Shown: positions 43,492 to 43,549 of the stretch, piece after piece | Layout: each line of letters begins with the position of its first letter | Numbering within the stretch: the stretch's first letter is position 1 | Virus record (IMG/VR): IMGVR_UViG_3300037424_000909 | Location: 1 to 43,549 of that record | Direction: 5' to 3' (one strand) | Source: a virus | Lineage: Duplodnaviria > Caudoviricetes | Length of the DNA: 43,549 bases | Position numbers and translations under genes: made by a program | Notes under the pieces: model-generated | What the model was told of the DNA's origin: nothing | What the model saw: the letters and a program-made list of their open reading frames with translations, nothing else | Databases searched by the model: none

Positions 43492-43549
43492 GCGCGTGTC
43501 GCACATGTATGCAGACCCCCGGGCCGACAGTATTTTAGGGTGGCCGGAC

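Noticed and set aside
1-43549. tRNA, rRNA, integrase/att site, terminal repeats
   Set aside because: None was recognisable by eye and the two ends share no obvious repeat. tRNAscan-SE and a self-alignment would be needed to exclude them formally.

Overview
The window looks like a complete or near-complete GC-rich tailed phage genome (roughly 60-65% GC by eye, not computed) with a contractile tail. (1) 95-24372, + strand: terminase, Mu-like portal, S49 protease and gpT capsid, then sheath, tube, a tail chaperone with a -1 frameshift site, tape measure, baseplate, fibres and a GH73-like lysin. (2) 24356-36822, - strand: one tightly coupled operon encoding an RpoH-like sigma factor, a MazG-like protein, a PQ-loop membrane protein, an HD hydrolase, a metallophosphoesterase, a DGQHR/ParB-like protein, a GNAT, a PD-(D/E)XK nuclease, a split SF2 helicase, an SSB-like protein, PolA, an Orn-like oligoribonuclease, RuvC and an adenine methylase. 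(3) 36900-43491: a primase-helicase and small accessory genes. I found no integrase, tRNA, rRNA or CRISPR array. The main unannotated signal is regulatory. A sigma32-shaped promoter (YTTG..N13-GGGCCAYATAC) occurs three times plus one partial copy, and the start codon or SD always lies 16 nt from the motif start. Three sigma54-type -24/-12 boxes head small gene cassettes. Two iteron-like arrays each lie next to a member of what appears to be the same winged-helix family. All family assignments come from recognising motifs by eye; no searches were run.
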